From Thermoplasmatota archaeon (lineage in GTDB: Archaea > Thermoplasmatota > Thermoplasmata > UBA10834): a stretch of 54,445 bases of DNA. The translations under genes and the position numbers were made by a program. The notes under the pieces were generated by a model. The model was given only the letters and a program-made list of their open reading frames with translations. It had not been told where the DNA came from and made no database searches. This document shows positions 8,595 through 16,986 of this stretch, piece after piece; the stretch's first letter is position 1; each line of letters begins with the position of its first letter. Location: NCBI GenBank assembly GCA_022848805.1, contig JAJISI010000001.1, positions 1-54,445 on the forward strand, written 5' to 3'.

Positions 8595-9479
8595 ATGTTT
8601 GAAACGGCAGACCGGCTCTGGCTGCGTCAGGTCGAATCGTCCCTTCGGTATCATGCAGTCGGGTTCCAGTGGGATGGGTTCGAGCCTAGCCTCACCTGCG
8701 TTGTCCGCGCTGGCGACGAAGTCTTCGATATCGACCTTGACCACGTGGACTTCGTGATAAGCGATGCTAGGGAGTGCGTAGGCTACTTCGACGGAGATTC
8801 CTACACTTCGTGCCCCAACAAGGCCTCCGTCACTCGGTTCGCCCAGTGTGCCGACTGCGCAGGCGAATCGTTCATCCCTTTCCAGGAGTGCGTGTTCGAG
8901 CCGAAGTGCGACGGTGAGATATGTGACATGGACTTCTGCAGGCGGGAGCACGTCCTGTATCTGGCATTCTACGACACGAAGGCCAAGATCGGGATGAGCT
9001 CCACGAGAAGGATAGAGCGCAGGCTGGTCGAGCAGGGGGCAGACGCGTTTGCAGTCGTTGGCGCGTTCCCGACGCGTAGGCGGGCGCGCGAGGCGGAGAA
9101 GCAGATATCATCACGTCTGAGGATTCCTCAGGCCTTCCGACAGGAAGTCGTCCTCAGCGGGTTCTCCAGGGCCGTAGATGTTACTGGCATCGAGGGTCGG
9201 TTTCGTGGTCTCGCGTCATCCATCGAGGCTCAGTTCGGCCTTAAGGTGGAGGAGCTGCGTTGGGTGGACGGGTACCCCATCGACCTTCCGCTTGATCGCC
9301 CTCCTCAGCTGAGGGACACTGCGGGGAGGCACCGGGGGAAGCTTGTGGGCATGAAAGGCAAGTGGCTTGTCTACGACTCCGGGAGTATCAACGCCCTTAA
9401 CCTCTGGGATGTCCCGTCAAGGTTCATAGACTCCGATACCTCCCCGGGCTCCTCCCTCCCACGCAAAATTAAGAAATAG
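8595..9479 (+). CDS. conserved hypothetical Cys-rich protein (DUF2797-like by memory)
   Basis: 294-aa ORF with a Cys cluster (SCPNK..QCADCAG..ECVFEPKCDGEICDMDFC) followed by HVLYLAFYDTKAKIGMSS...RLVEQGAD. No function assignable. Confidence 0.5.
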   Translation: MFETADRLWLRQVESSLRYHAVGFQWDGFEPSLTCVVRAGDEVFDIDLDHVDFVISDARECVGYFDGDSYTSCPNKASVTRFAQCADCAGESFIPFQECVFEPKCDGEICDMDFCRREHVLYLAFYDTKAKIGMSSTRRIERRLVEQGADAFAVVGAFPTRRRAREAEKQISSRLRIPQAFRQEVVLSGFSRAVDVTGIEGRFRGLASSIEAQFGLKVEELRWVDGYPIDLPLDRPPQLRDTAGRHRGKLVGMKGKWLVYDSGSINALNLWDVPSRFIDSDTSPGSSLPRKIKK

Positions 9480-9510
9480 CTACGCGGCGTTCGCCTACTC
9501 GGATGGTTGA

Positions 9511-10194
9511 ATGAAAATCACTTGGCTAGGTCACTCTGCCTTTCTCATCGAGGGCAGAGACCGGGTATTGGTGGATCCGTTCCTGACCGGGAACCCGAAG
9601 GCGTCGGTATCCCCTGACGAGATCGACTGCGACATCATATGCGTCACCCACGGTCATGCGGACCACCTCGGAGATGCGCTGGACATCTCAAGGAGGACAG
9701 GGGCGATGATCGCCAGCATCGTCGAGATGTCCATGTATATCGAGCGTTGCGACCTTCAGAGCGTAGGTTTCAACCTGGGGGGGACTGCCCATATCAGAGA
9801 CACAGACATAACCATGGTCCCCGCCTTCCATTCGTCGAGTATAGGTGCTCCTGGCCTGGAGTTCTCAGCAGCCATGCCCGTTGGGTTCGTCATCGATTCC
9901 GGGAAGCCGGTGTATCACGCCGGAGACACCTGCGTTTTCGGCGATATGAAGCTCATAGGTGAGATGTACAAGCCAGAGGTGGCGTTGCTGCCGACTGGAG
10001 GGTTTTTCACGATGGATCCTAAGCAGGCGGCTTTGGCTACGTCTTTGATTAAGCCTAAGGTCGTTGTGCCGATGCATTACGGCACCTGGGACCCGATAGA
10101 CAGTGACCCGAAGGAGTTCGAGCGGCTCGTGAACGAGGCTGCCCCTGATGTGAAGGTTACGATTCTCGAGCCTGGACAATCGCTGGAAGTATGA
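9511..10194 (+). CDS. UPF0173-type metallo-beta-lactamase-fold hydrolase
   Basis: MKITWLGHSAFLIEG...CVTHGHADHLGDA...VVPMHYGTW. 227 aa. Confidence 0.8.
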   Translation: MKITWLGHSAFLIEGRDRVLVDPFLTGNPKASVSPDEIDCDIICVTHGHADHLGDALDISRRTGAMIASIVEMSMYIERCDLQSVGFNLGGTAHIRDTDITMVPAFHSSSIGAPGLEFSAAMPVGFVIDSGKPVYHAGDTCVFGDMKLIGEMYKPEVALLPTGGFFTMDPKQAALATSLIKPKVVVPMHYGTWDPIDSDPKEFERLVNEAAPDVKVTILEPGQSLEV

Positions 10195-10200
10195 TCTGAG

Positions 10201-11157
10201 ATGGCTGGCATCACAACTCCCGCTGAGATAAGGAAACGACATGGCGACATGTTCGCAAAGCGTCTTGTCACGCTCGTCGACGAGCGTGTCGGGAAGGCCC
10301 GTATAGTCGAAGAGTGTTGCGCGCAGGGCCCTGTCGAGTGGGATGCGGTGAACCGTCTAAGGGCTAGGGGCGCAATCGACCATGTCGAGGTCCAGGGAAC
10401 GACCCTGACCATGGATGCGCACCTCGGTGAAGGGCAGGTACGGTTTGGCCCCGCGTCGAAGGACACCGGAGGCCAAGCCCTGAAGTCGATTGTTGTCAAG
10501 GGGGACAAGGTCGAGACGACATGGCTCGGTCTGGCAGGTGCCAGCGTCGGTGTCGGCGCTTGCCTGCCCCAGGCGGAAGGAGTCGAGAAGGTCGAGTTCC
10601 TGAGCGACGAGGATGTGGGTGGAAGCCGTGCGGTCGAGCTGCGACTGACCACGCCTCTTCATCGTCGTCTCGTCATCGGGATAGATGACACGGACACCAA
10701 GGAGAAGGGTGCGACGTGGGTTCTGGGCCTCAAACTCGCCAGGGAGATGCCACATGCGGTGTTCCTGTCTCATAAGATAGTCCAGCTGAACCCAGATGCT
10801 CCTCAGAAGACCACGAACTGCTCGTCCACAGCGATTTCGTTCGCCGTCCGTCCAGATGACATCGGAAGGGCAGTCGACTGGGCGAAGGAGTTCGTCTCCG
10901 AGAACACGTATTCGTCCGAGACTGCCATGGCGACCTTCGGATCCATTGAGGTGCCCAGGGGTCTCGTGCGATTCGGGGCTGAGGCCAAGGGTACGATCCT
11001 GTCCATCCACGATGCGGAACACGCAGCTGCCGAGGCCGGGCTGAAGCTGATCGAGGTGACTGGAAGGCGCGGTCTGATAGGCGCCGTAGCCGCGATCGGT
11101 TGCGTGGACCTAGGGCTATACAGCGCCGGTCTCCCAGAGGACTTCGAGCGCACGTAG
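10201..11157 (+). CDS. protein with a TiaS-like kinase (TCKD) domain and an unknown N-terminal half
   Basis: The C-terminal ~160 aa carry three motifs I recall from tRNA(Ile2) agmatidine synthetase TiaS: VIGIDDTDTKEKG, VQLNPDAPQKTTNCSSTAISF and GRRGLIGAVAAIG. The first ~155 aa have no recognisable motif. Confidence 0.55.
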   Translation: MAGITTPAEIRKRHGDMFAKRLVTLVDERVGKARIVEECCAQGPVEWDAVNRLRARGAIDHVEVQGTTLTMDAHLGEGQVRFGPASKDTGGQALKSIVVKGDKVETTWLGLAGASVGVGACLPQAEGVEKVEFLSDEDVGGSRAVELRLTTPLHRRLVIGIDDTDTKEKGATWVLGLKLAREMPHAVFLSHKIVQLNPDAPQKTTNCSSTAISFAVRPDDIGRAVDWAKEFVSENTYSSETAMATFGSIEVPRGLVRFGAEAKGTILSIHDAEHAAAEAGLKLIEVTGRRGLIGAVAAIGCVDLGLYSAGLPEDFERT

Positions 11158-11199
11158 TTTAAGTCTGACCGGCGCATCACAAGAAAGGAAGCGATTCGA

Positions 11200-11982
11200 G
11201 TGACGGGCGAGATAACCAGGGCAATCGCGTCGACTGCGTACCAGACCTACGAGAAGCGTCTTCTCAGAGATATACAGACAATGCCAGTCCCACGACATGT
11301 GGCCGTCATAATGGACGGCAACCGCAGATACGCGAAGGAGTTCGGCCTGGTCGTGGCAGAAGGCCATGATAAGGGCAAGGAGAAGCTCGAGGAGATGATG
11401 GAGTGGTGCCTCGAACTCCGTATAAAGGTCCTGACGGTGTACGCCTTCTCGACCGAGAATGTGACACGGGAGACGGACGAGGTCAATACCCTGATGCGGA
11501 TGTTCTCACTGAACTTCAAGAAGCTGGCAGACGATGATAGGGTGCACAAGCATCGGATACGGGTCCGGGTACTTGGTCAGAGAGACATTCTCCCGGACGA
11601 CGTCCGAGAAGCTATCGAATACGCTGAGCAGAAGACCAAGGACTACGACAGCTACTCCTTCAACATAGCCGTCGGTTATGGCGGCCGCCAGGAGCTCCTG
11701 CACGCTGTCAAATGCATCGCGGAGGAGGTGCGCAAGGGCACCATTGAGGTCGAGGACATCAACGAGGAGACTTTCTATAAGTTCCTGTACACGTCCGACC
11801 TCCCGGACCCCGACCTCATTCTGAGGACCTCGGGCGAGGAGAGGATATCCAACTTCCTGCTATGGCAACTCGCCTATTCCGAACTCTACTTCTCTGACGT
11901 CTACTGGCCCGGTTTCCGGAAGGTCGATTTCCTGAGGGCCGTCCGCTCCTACCAGCAGAGGAAGCGTAGGTTCGGGGAATAG
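11200..11982 (+). CDS. uppS: cis-prenyltransferase (undecaprenyl/dolichyl-type diphosphate synthase)
   Basis: GTG start. Motifs HVAVIMDGNRRYA and RTSGEERISNFLLWQLAYSELYF. 260 aa. Confidence 0.85.
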   Translation: MTGEITRAIASTAYQTYEKRLLRDIQTMPVPRHVAVIMDGNRRYAKEFGLVVAEGHDKGKEKLEEMMEWCLELRIKVLTVYAFSTENVTRETDEVNTLMRMFSLNFKKLADDDRVHKHRIRVRVLGQRDILPDDVREAIEYAEQKTKDYDSYSFNIAVGYGGRQELLHAVKCIAEEVRKGTIEVEDINEETFYKFLYTSDLPDPDLILRTSGEERISNFLLWQLAYSELYFSDVYWPGFRKVDFLRAVRSYQQRKRRFGE

Positions 11983-12122
11983 TGGATTTTCGCCGTTCCA
12001 CTCACCTTTTCGTGCATAATATGGCACTGCAGCGTACGAAAAGTGTGCGTATTCTGCTCGGTTTTGCATGAATTCCGTTAGTTTGAAGTACTGTCCCCTG
12101 CTATCGGGGGCTCGGGAACCTC

Positions 12123-12641
12123 ATGACCATATCCTCCATCAGAGACCATCCGTGCGAGATATACGAGAGATGGAAGGGGCTCGACCTCAAGCTCCTGCCC
12201 ATCGACACGACCGACATCAGGATACTGTGCGAGCTGAGGGAGAACTCGAGGGTGAGCAACTCCGAGATCGCCAAGAAGCTCGAAGTCACGGAGGCGACCA
12301 TCAGGAGGCGCATCAAGAACCTGATCGAGAAGGGTATCATACTCCGCTTCTCCATTCATATCGACTACCGGCTCATCGAGAACACTGTCAAGGCCTACAT
12401 ACATGTCAAGTCCCTAAGCGAGAAGCTGGACGAAGTCGTAGAGCATATAACCAACCACAACAGAGTGGTCGCGGTGTATCGCGTCACGGGAGAATACGAC
12501 CTGCTTGTCGTGGCGTTGTTCGTCGGCATGACCGAGCTGCAGGAGTTCATAGACTCCTTCCTTAAGAAGAACGGGATAAAGGAGACGGATACTCAGATCG
12601 TCATGAGCGCGTACAAGGGCGTGCCATGGACGGGCATCTGA
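12123..12641 (+). CDS. Lrp/AsnC-family transcriptional regulator
   Basis: HTH region DIRILCELRENSRVSNSEIAKKLEVTEATIRRRIKNLIEKGII followed by an RAM-type domain. 172 aa. Confidence 0.8.
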   Translation: MTISSIRDHPCEIYERWKGLDLKLLPIDTTDIRILCELRENSRVSNSEIAKKLEVTEATIRRRIKNLIEKGIILRFSIHIDYRLIENTVKAYIHVKSLSEKLDEVVEHITNHNRVVAVYRVTGEYDLLVVALFVGMTELQEFIDSFLKKNGIKETDTQIVMSAYKGVPWTGI

Positions 12642-12704
12642 ACATGGAAGTTGAGCCGGTCGTCAGGAAGCTGAAGAGTGAGGCTGTACAGAAACGTCTC
12701 GAAT

Positions 12705-13871
12705 CTAGACACACTGGAGCGCCACCTGGGCGACGTCCATTGTCTTGATATTCAGTCCGGCCTTCTTCGCGCCAGCGTTGAGGTTGACCTGGCAGAATGG
12801 GCACGATGTCACGATTACCTCAGCCCCAGCCTCAACCGCTTCCTTCACCCTGTCGGCTGCTATCGTCTCTGCCATGTCGTTGAAGGCCGACTTGAATCCT
12901 CCTCCAGCTCCGCAGCACAGTGCGTCGTCGCGCTCATGGCGCATCTCTACGAGTTCGAGCCCGGGTATGGCTCTGAGGATGTTGCGCGGTGGATCGTATA
13001 CCTTCGCGTGCCTACCTAGGTGGCAGGGATCGTGATACGCCACCTTCTTCTTGAACTCCTTCGTGAACTTCAGCTTACCGTCCTTGATGAGCTTGTCGAA
13101 GTACTCCGTTACGTGATACAACTCGAACGATGGTTCGCCGATAAGACGAGGGTAGTCGTTCTTGATGGTGTTGTAGCATCCAGCACATGCGGTCACCATA
13201 ACCTTCCAGCCGTGCTTCTCCATCTCACGGACGTTATGAGGTGCAAGCTCCTGCACCACCATGCTCTTCTGCCCCGTCCTGAGAAGAGGTGACCCGCAAC
13301 ACCATTCATCTTCTCCCATGATGGCGATTCTCACGCCCGCTTTGTCGAGCAGCTCCGCAGTAGCAACCGCCAGAGGCTGCATCCTGTAGGCCTCTGTGCA
13401 TCCTGTGAAGAAGACGACGTCCGGGTCGTCCGAGAGCTTGATATCCTTTGGCAGCCACGCTGGACGCTTCTCCGCGGGTTCGTTATACGGGTTCTTCTTG
13501 CTGAGCACCCTCTCAGCGATGCGCGTGTGAGCCTCCATCGGGCCGTAGCCTTGGGATATAAGCCATTCTTTGACCTCCTCCCAGAGGTGCGGAAACTCGA
13601 TCTCTACGTGGCAGTGGTGTTCGCAGGCACCGCATGACGTGCACTGGAATATTCGCTCGGTGAACTTGTCGTCAACCTTCGGGATACGTCTGAGCAACCT
13701 GTCAACGGGAGTTCTGTTGGCTATCTGCTTCAGGTAGTAGACCTTGCCTCGTGGGGTCGCCGACTCCCAACCGTAACAGGTATAGACTGGACAGGGGTCT
13801 CTGCAGTACCCGCACTGCAGGCAGGCGTTCAAGTCCTTTTGGATCTCTGAGATATTTCTCATGAATGTCAC
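12705..13871 (-). CDS. hdrD: HdrD-like Fe-S/CCG-domain oxidoreductase
   Basis: N-terminal CLQCGYCRDPCP and CTSCGACEHHC motifs followed by two CCG motifs (WCCGSP, LCCGAGGG). 388 aa. This family also includes GlcF/LutA-like enzymes. Confidence 0.7.
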   Translation of the reverse strand: MTFMRNISEIQKDLNACLQCGYCRDPCPVYTCYGWESATPRGKVYYLKQIANRTPVDRLLRRIPKVDDKFTERIFQCTSCGACEHHCHVEIEFPHLWEEVKEWLISQGYGPMEAHTRIAERVLSKKNPYNEPAEKRPAWLPKDIKLSDDPDVVFFTGCTEAYRMQPLAVATAELLDKAGVRIAIMGEDEWCCGSPLLRTGQKSMVVQELAPHNVREMEKHGWKVMVTACAGCYNTIKNDYPRLIGEPSFELYHVTEYFDKLIKDGKLKFTKEFKKKVAYHDPCHLGRHAKVYDPPRNILRAIPGLELVEMRHERDDALCCGAGGGFKSAFNDMAETIAADRVKEAVEAGAEVIVTSCPFCQVNLNAGAKKAGLNIKTMDVAQVALQCV

Positions 13872-13968
13872 CGGACGATCTGACTGCGGTGTTTCGGCTT
13901 CTGGCGCTCAGGATATCTTCGATGTTGATAAATGTAGCGCAGAACGATTCGAATTGAGTTCGGAATAG

Positions 13969-14694
13969 TTATCTCTCGGGCTTTTCATCGTTTCTCGTCG
14001 GTGTCTCTGGGGGTCGGAGACGGATTTCAACTTCACCCTCCTGCGAATAGCCTTTTAAGCTGCTCAGGAGCCCCCTGATCGTGCTCTCGGCTATCTCGGC
14101 CACGAACGCTCCGACAGGAAGCGGAACGCCGCCTACGGAAATCTCTACGCGACGAGCAGTGAGTTCGAGGCACGCTTCGATGGTCAAATTGCCTTTCGCT
14201 ACCTCCCTTGCGAGTTCGTCACAGTCCATGCCGCACTTGGAGCAGTTGAGCCCGGGGAGCTTCGCCCGGGTCTTCTCGAAGGAGATCTCGCCTTCCACGT
14301 ACTCTGTCAGTTGCTCGATGGTCGGGTTCACCAGAACGGTTCCTTCCGTTGGTGCGATGTCTCCAACAGCGACCTTCGGGTGCGAGCCGTCCTTATAGCC
14401 TTCAATGATGACGATGTCCGGTCGAGCCTCGCGCTGCAGTAAGGAGACCGCCTCATCGAGCGAGAACCCCGGCCGCTTGAGCACAACGGTCGCGTCTCCT
14501 GCCTGGAGAGCTACAGGGTCGCTCCCCGCCTTCCAGTGCCTCCAAGTGTCCTTTCCCTCGGGGTCGATTCCTGTCGTCTCTGGGGCGTGCTTGACCGAAG
14601 CGATCTTGTATCCGCGCGCCGCAAGCGTATCAATCATCGCTTCGACGATTGCGGTCTTCCCGGAATCCTGATACCCGTAGACGCCTAGTATCAA
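13969..14694 (-). CDS. mobB: molybdopterin-guanine dinucleotide biosynthesis protein MobB with a C-terminal Cys-motif extension
   Basis: TTG start. P-loop GYQDSGKT, then SVKH and GKDTWRH. C-terminal LPGLNCSKCGMDCDELA..C resembles a putative Fe-S binding domain. Confidence 0.75.
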   Translation of the reverse strand: MILGVYGYQDSGKTAIVEAMIDTLAARGYKIASVKHAPETTGIDPEGKDTWRHWKAGSDPVALQAGDATVVLKRPGFSLDEAVSLLQREARPDIVIIEGYKDGSHPKVAVGDIAPTEGTVLVNPTIEQLTEYVEGEISFEKTRAKLPGLNCSKCGMDCDELAREVAKGNLTIEACLELTARRVEISVGGVPLPVGAFVAEIAESTIRGLLSSLKGYSQEGEVEIRLRPPETPTRNDEKPER

Positions 14695-14745
14695 TCCTAT
14701 CCCTCGGATTCCCTATCTGCGGCTGCGGTGATAAATGGCTCGCCT

Positions 14746-16452
14746 CTATCGTCTTCTGAGAAGGGACCCTACCATCCGTGGTATGCTCGCGTAGATCGAA
14801 CTCGTGGACCAGTCCAGCTCCTTCTTCTCACATACAGTGCTTTCATTCAGCGTGGAAGCCTGCTCCCTAAGCTGATCGAGCTCCGCCTCTGACGCTGCCC
14901 CTCTCGCAACGATGCTGTCGATCCTTCGCATCAGTGCGGCCGCATCGGTTATCCTCTGTTCGATGTTGTCGGCCACTTCGTGGGATATCAGTCCGAGGTC
15001 TCGCTTCACCGAGTTGAGACCAAGCCCCGCGGAGTAAGTGGCCTCAACGATCGCATCCCGCGACATCCATTTGGTCTCGTAGTTGAGCACGTACTTCCAG
15101 CTGGGCATGACCGCGAGCTTCACATGGTCCTCGACGGTGGACGCGAACAGCCTGTAACCATGTGCCTCCGGGTTCTCGAATGCGTTCCCACCGGGGTCTA
15201 TGAACGGAGCGAGCGGGCTTATGAATGGGAATAGGTTCGCGTCTGGGAACCTTTCGTACAGTCTTCTCGTGTATTCCACGGTGCCATCGACGGTCTCCCG
15301 TGTCTGGCGTGGCAGACCGATCATGTAGAACAGGTCGAACCGCCCGCATCCTGCTTTGAGGAAGTGCTCTATCGATTTCTCGAGTCCTGCGTTCGTGTAG
15401 GGTTTTCCCTGGGCCTCCCTGACCGTCTCGTCGTGCGTTTCGGGAGACATCTGCACGCTGAACCTGTCGACGCTCGAGGCGACATCATTGGCGAATCCTT
15501 CTGTGGCAGGTGTGAACAGCTCGATGACGACCTCGTTGTCCACCCCTCTAGCTTTCAGCTCCTTCAGGAACTTGGTCGCATACGCCTTCCCCGCCTGGCG
15601 AACGTCGCCTACCACGAAAGTCGCCCCTTTGATGTACTCCTCTGCCCTCGCAATGTCCTCCGCCAGAAGTTCGGGCGACCTGTACGCGGGCTTGTCCCTT
15701 CCCAGATACCGTGAGAACGAATCGCACGATCCTGCGCAGTTGAGGCAGTTGTGCGTGCAACCCCTGACGGCCACTGCGATGGACATCGGGTTCGATTTCC
15801 AATCGGCGTACGGAAGATGACCTGTGAGGTCCCGGTACTTCAGGACATTCCGGACCAGTAGACCGTAGTCGATTGCGATGTCGTCCAGATTCTCAGGCAC
15901 GTGAGAGAGCGGATTGACGGCAACGCGGCCATCGTCTCTCCAGGTAAGGTTCGGGATGTTGTCCATCGAGGAGCCTCGGTCTATGGCGCCCATGAGACGT
16001 TCGAACGGCGTCTCGGTCGAGTCTCCACGGAGGACATAGTCGACCTGTGGATACTCCTGTATGAGCTGGTCATGATAGTACGAGGAGCTGAATCCACCGA
16101 AGACCACGGGACGGTCGGGGTGGTGTTCCTTGACCATCCGGGCGAGCTCGAGCGCCCCCTGGACATGAGGCATCCAGTGCAGGTCGATCCCGAACACGGA
16201 TGCGTCTATCGACCTGACGAATTTCTCGGGGCTGAACCTGTCCGAAGCAAGCATCCGCGAGGCTATGTTCGCTATGCGCACGTCATATCCTTTCAATTCT
16301 AGATGTGAAGCGATGGTCGTGAAACCGATCGGGTACATCTCGAAGACTGGTGTAGAAGGGACCAAGTCGCTGACCGGCCCTGAGAGCTGGGTTCTCTTCC
16401 TGAAGTCCATGACGCTGGGAGGGTGCATCAACAAGAGATCGGGCACAGCCAT
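14746..16452 (-). CDS. B12-binding-domain radical SAM protein
   Basis: N-terminal cobalamin-domain-like YPIGFTTIASHLELKGYDVRIANIA and the radical SAM triad CTHNCLNC. 568 aa. A TATA-like CCTTTTTTAG lies about 28 nt upstream of the ATG. Confidence 0.75.
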   Translation of the reverse strand: MAVPDLLLMHPPSVMDFRKRTQLSGPVSDLVPSTPVFEMYPIGFTTIASHLELKGYDVRIANIASRMLASDRFSPEKFVRSIDASVFGIDLHWMPHVQGALELARMVKEHHPDRPVVFGGFSSSYYHDQLIQEYPQVDYVLRGDSTETPFERLMGAIDRGSSMDNIPNLTWRDDGRVAVNPLSHVPENLDDIAIDYGLLVRNVLKYRDLTGHLPYADWKSNPMSIAVAVRGCTHNCLNCAGSCDSFSRYLGRDKPAYRSPELLAEDIARAEEYIKGATFVVGDVRQAGKAYATKFLKELKARGVDNEVVIELFTPATEGFANDVASSVDRFSVQMSPETHDETVREAQGKPYTNAGLEKSIEHFLKAGCGRFDLFYMIGLPRQTRETVDGTVEYTRRLYERFPDANLFPFISPLAPFIDPGGNAFENPEAHGYRLFASTVEDHVKLAVMPSWKYVLNYETKWMSRDAIVEATYSAGLGLNSVKRDLGLISHEVADNIEQRITDAAALMRRIDSIVARGAASEAELDQLREQASTLNESTVCEKKELDWSTSSIYASIPRMVGSLLRRR

Positions 16453-16475
16453 CTTGATTGATAACTTGTCAAGGA

Positions 16476-16485
16476 CTAAAAAAGG
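16476..16485 (-). promoter_or_regulatory. TATA-like box for the radical SAM gene (leaderless geometry)
   Basis: The minus strand reads CCTTTTTTAG, centred about 28 nt upstream of ATG 16452. Confidence 0.4.
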
Positions 16486-16590
16486 CTTCTTCGCAACGCG
16501 TCATCAAGTCCTGTTCGGGTGGCTGCGGCTGCGGTTCTGGTATTCGCAAGTTTTTCGGTACTGACGGGGACCCGCGTAGAGCGTCCGCTG

Positions 16591-16606
16591 GAAAAGGCCT
16601 TATATG
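16591..16606 (+). promoter_or_regulatory. BRE/TATA-like promoter of the nuo operon (leaderless geometry)
   Basis: GAAAAGGCCTTATATG. The TATA centre is about 25 nt upstream of ATG 16627. Confidence 0.45.
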
Positions 16607-16626
16607 TTGTCGTGAATTCTCCGGCA

Positions 16627-16986
16627 ATGCTACAAGACGACTACATGGGGGTCGCCGTCTTTGCGATTGTAGCCATCCTTTTCCCAACGCTTGCGTTTTT
16701 CCTCTCGAGATACTTCAGAACCGACAGGAACGACCCGAGATCGATGACCACTTACGAGTGCGGTGAGGTCCCTATAGGCGACGCACAGATTCAGTTCCAT
16801 TTTCAGTACTATATTTACGCGATCATCTTCGTCGCTTTTGACCTCGTGACCGTGTTCGTGCTCATTTGGGCGTTGGTGTTCTCAGACCTCACCGAGTTGG
16901 CGAAAGTCTTCATGGTCATGTTCCTGGGAGTTCTTCTCGTTGGCGTGACCTATGCTCTGAAGAAGGAGGAGATAGTCTGGATATGA
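16627..16986 (+). CDS. nuoA: complex I-like subunit A
   Basis: ORF 16519-16986 trimmed to ATG 16627, because the promoter-like box lies inside the longer ORF. 119 aa, 3 TM, YECGE motif. Confidence 0.8.
   Translation: MLQDDYMGVAVFAIVAILFPTLAFFLSRYFRTDRNDPRSMTTYECGEVPIGDAQIQFHFQYYIYAIIFVAFDLVTVFVLIWALVFSDLTELAKVFMVMFLGVLLVGVTYALKKEEIVWI

Noticed and set aside
12006-12043. Inverted repeat CTTTTCGT...ACGAAAAG (8-10 bp stem, ~18-nt loop) between uppS and the Lrp gene
   Set aside because: It could be a terminator-like or regulatory structure. The stem is short and AT-rich, the loop is large, and nothing else supports a function, so it is not reported as a feature.
14717-16535. 13-nt repeat CTGCGGCTGCGGT at 14717-14729 and 16523-16535, flanking the radical SAM gene
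   Set aside because: It is a tandem CTGCGG hexamer. A 13-nt match is expected by chance many times in a 54-kb GC-rich window, and there is no extended similarity beyond the 13 nt.
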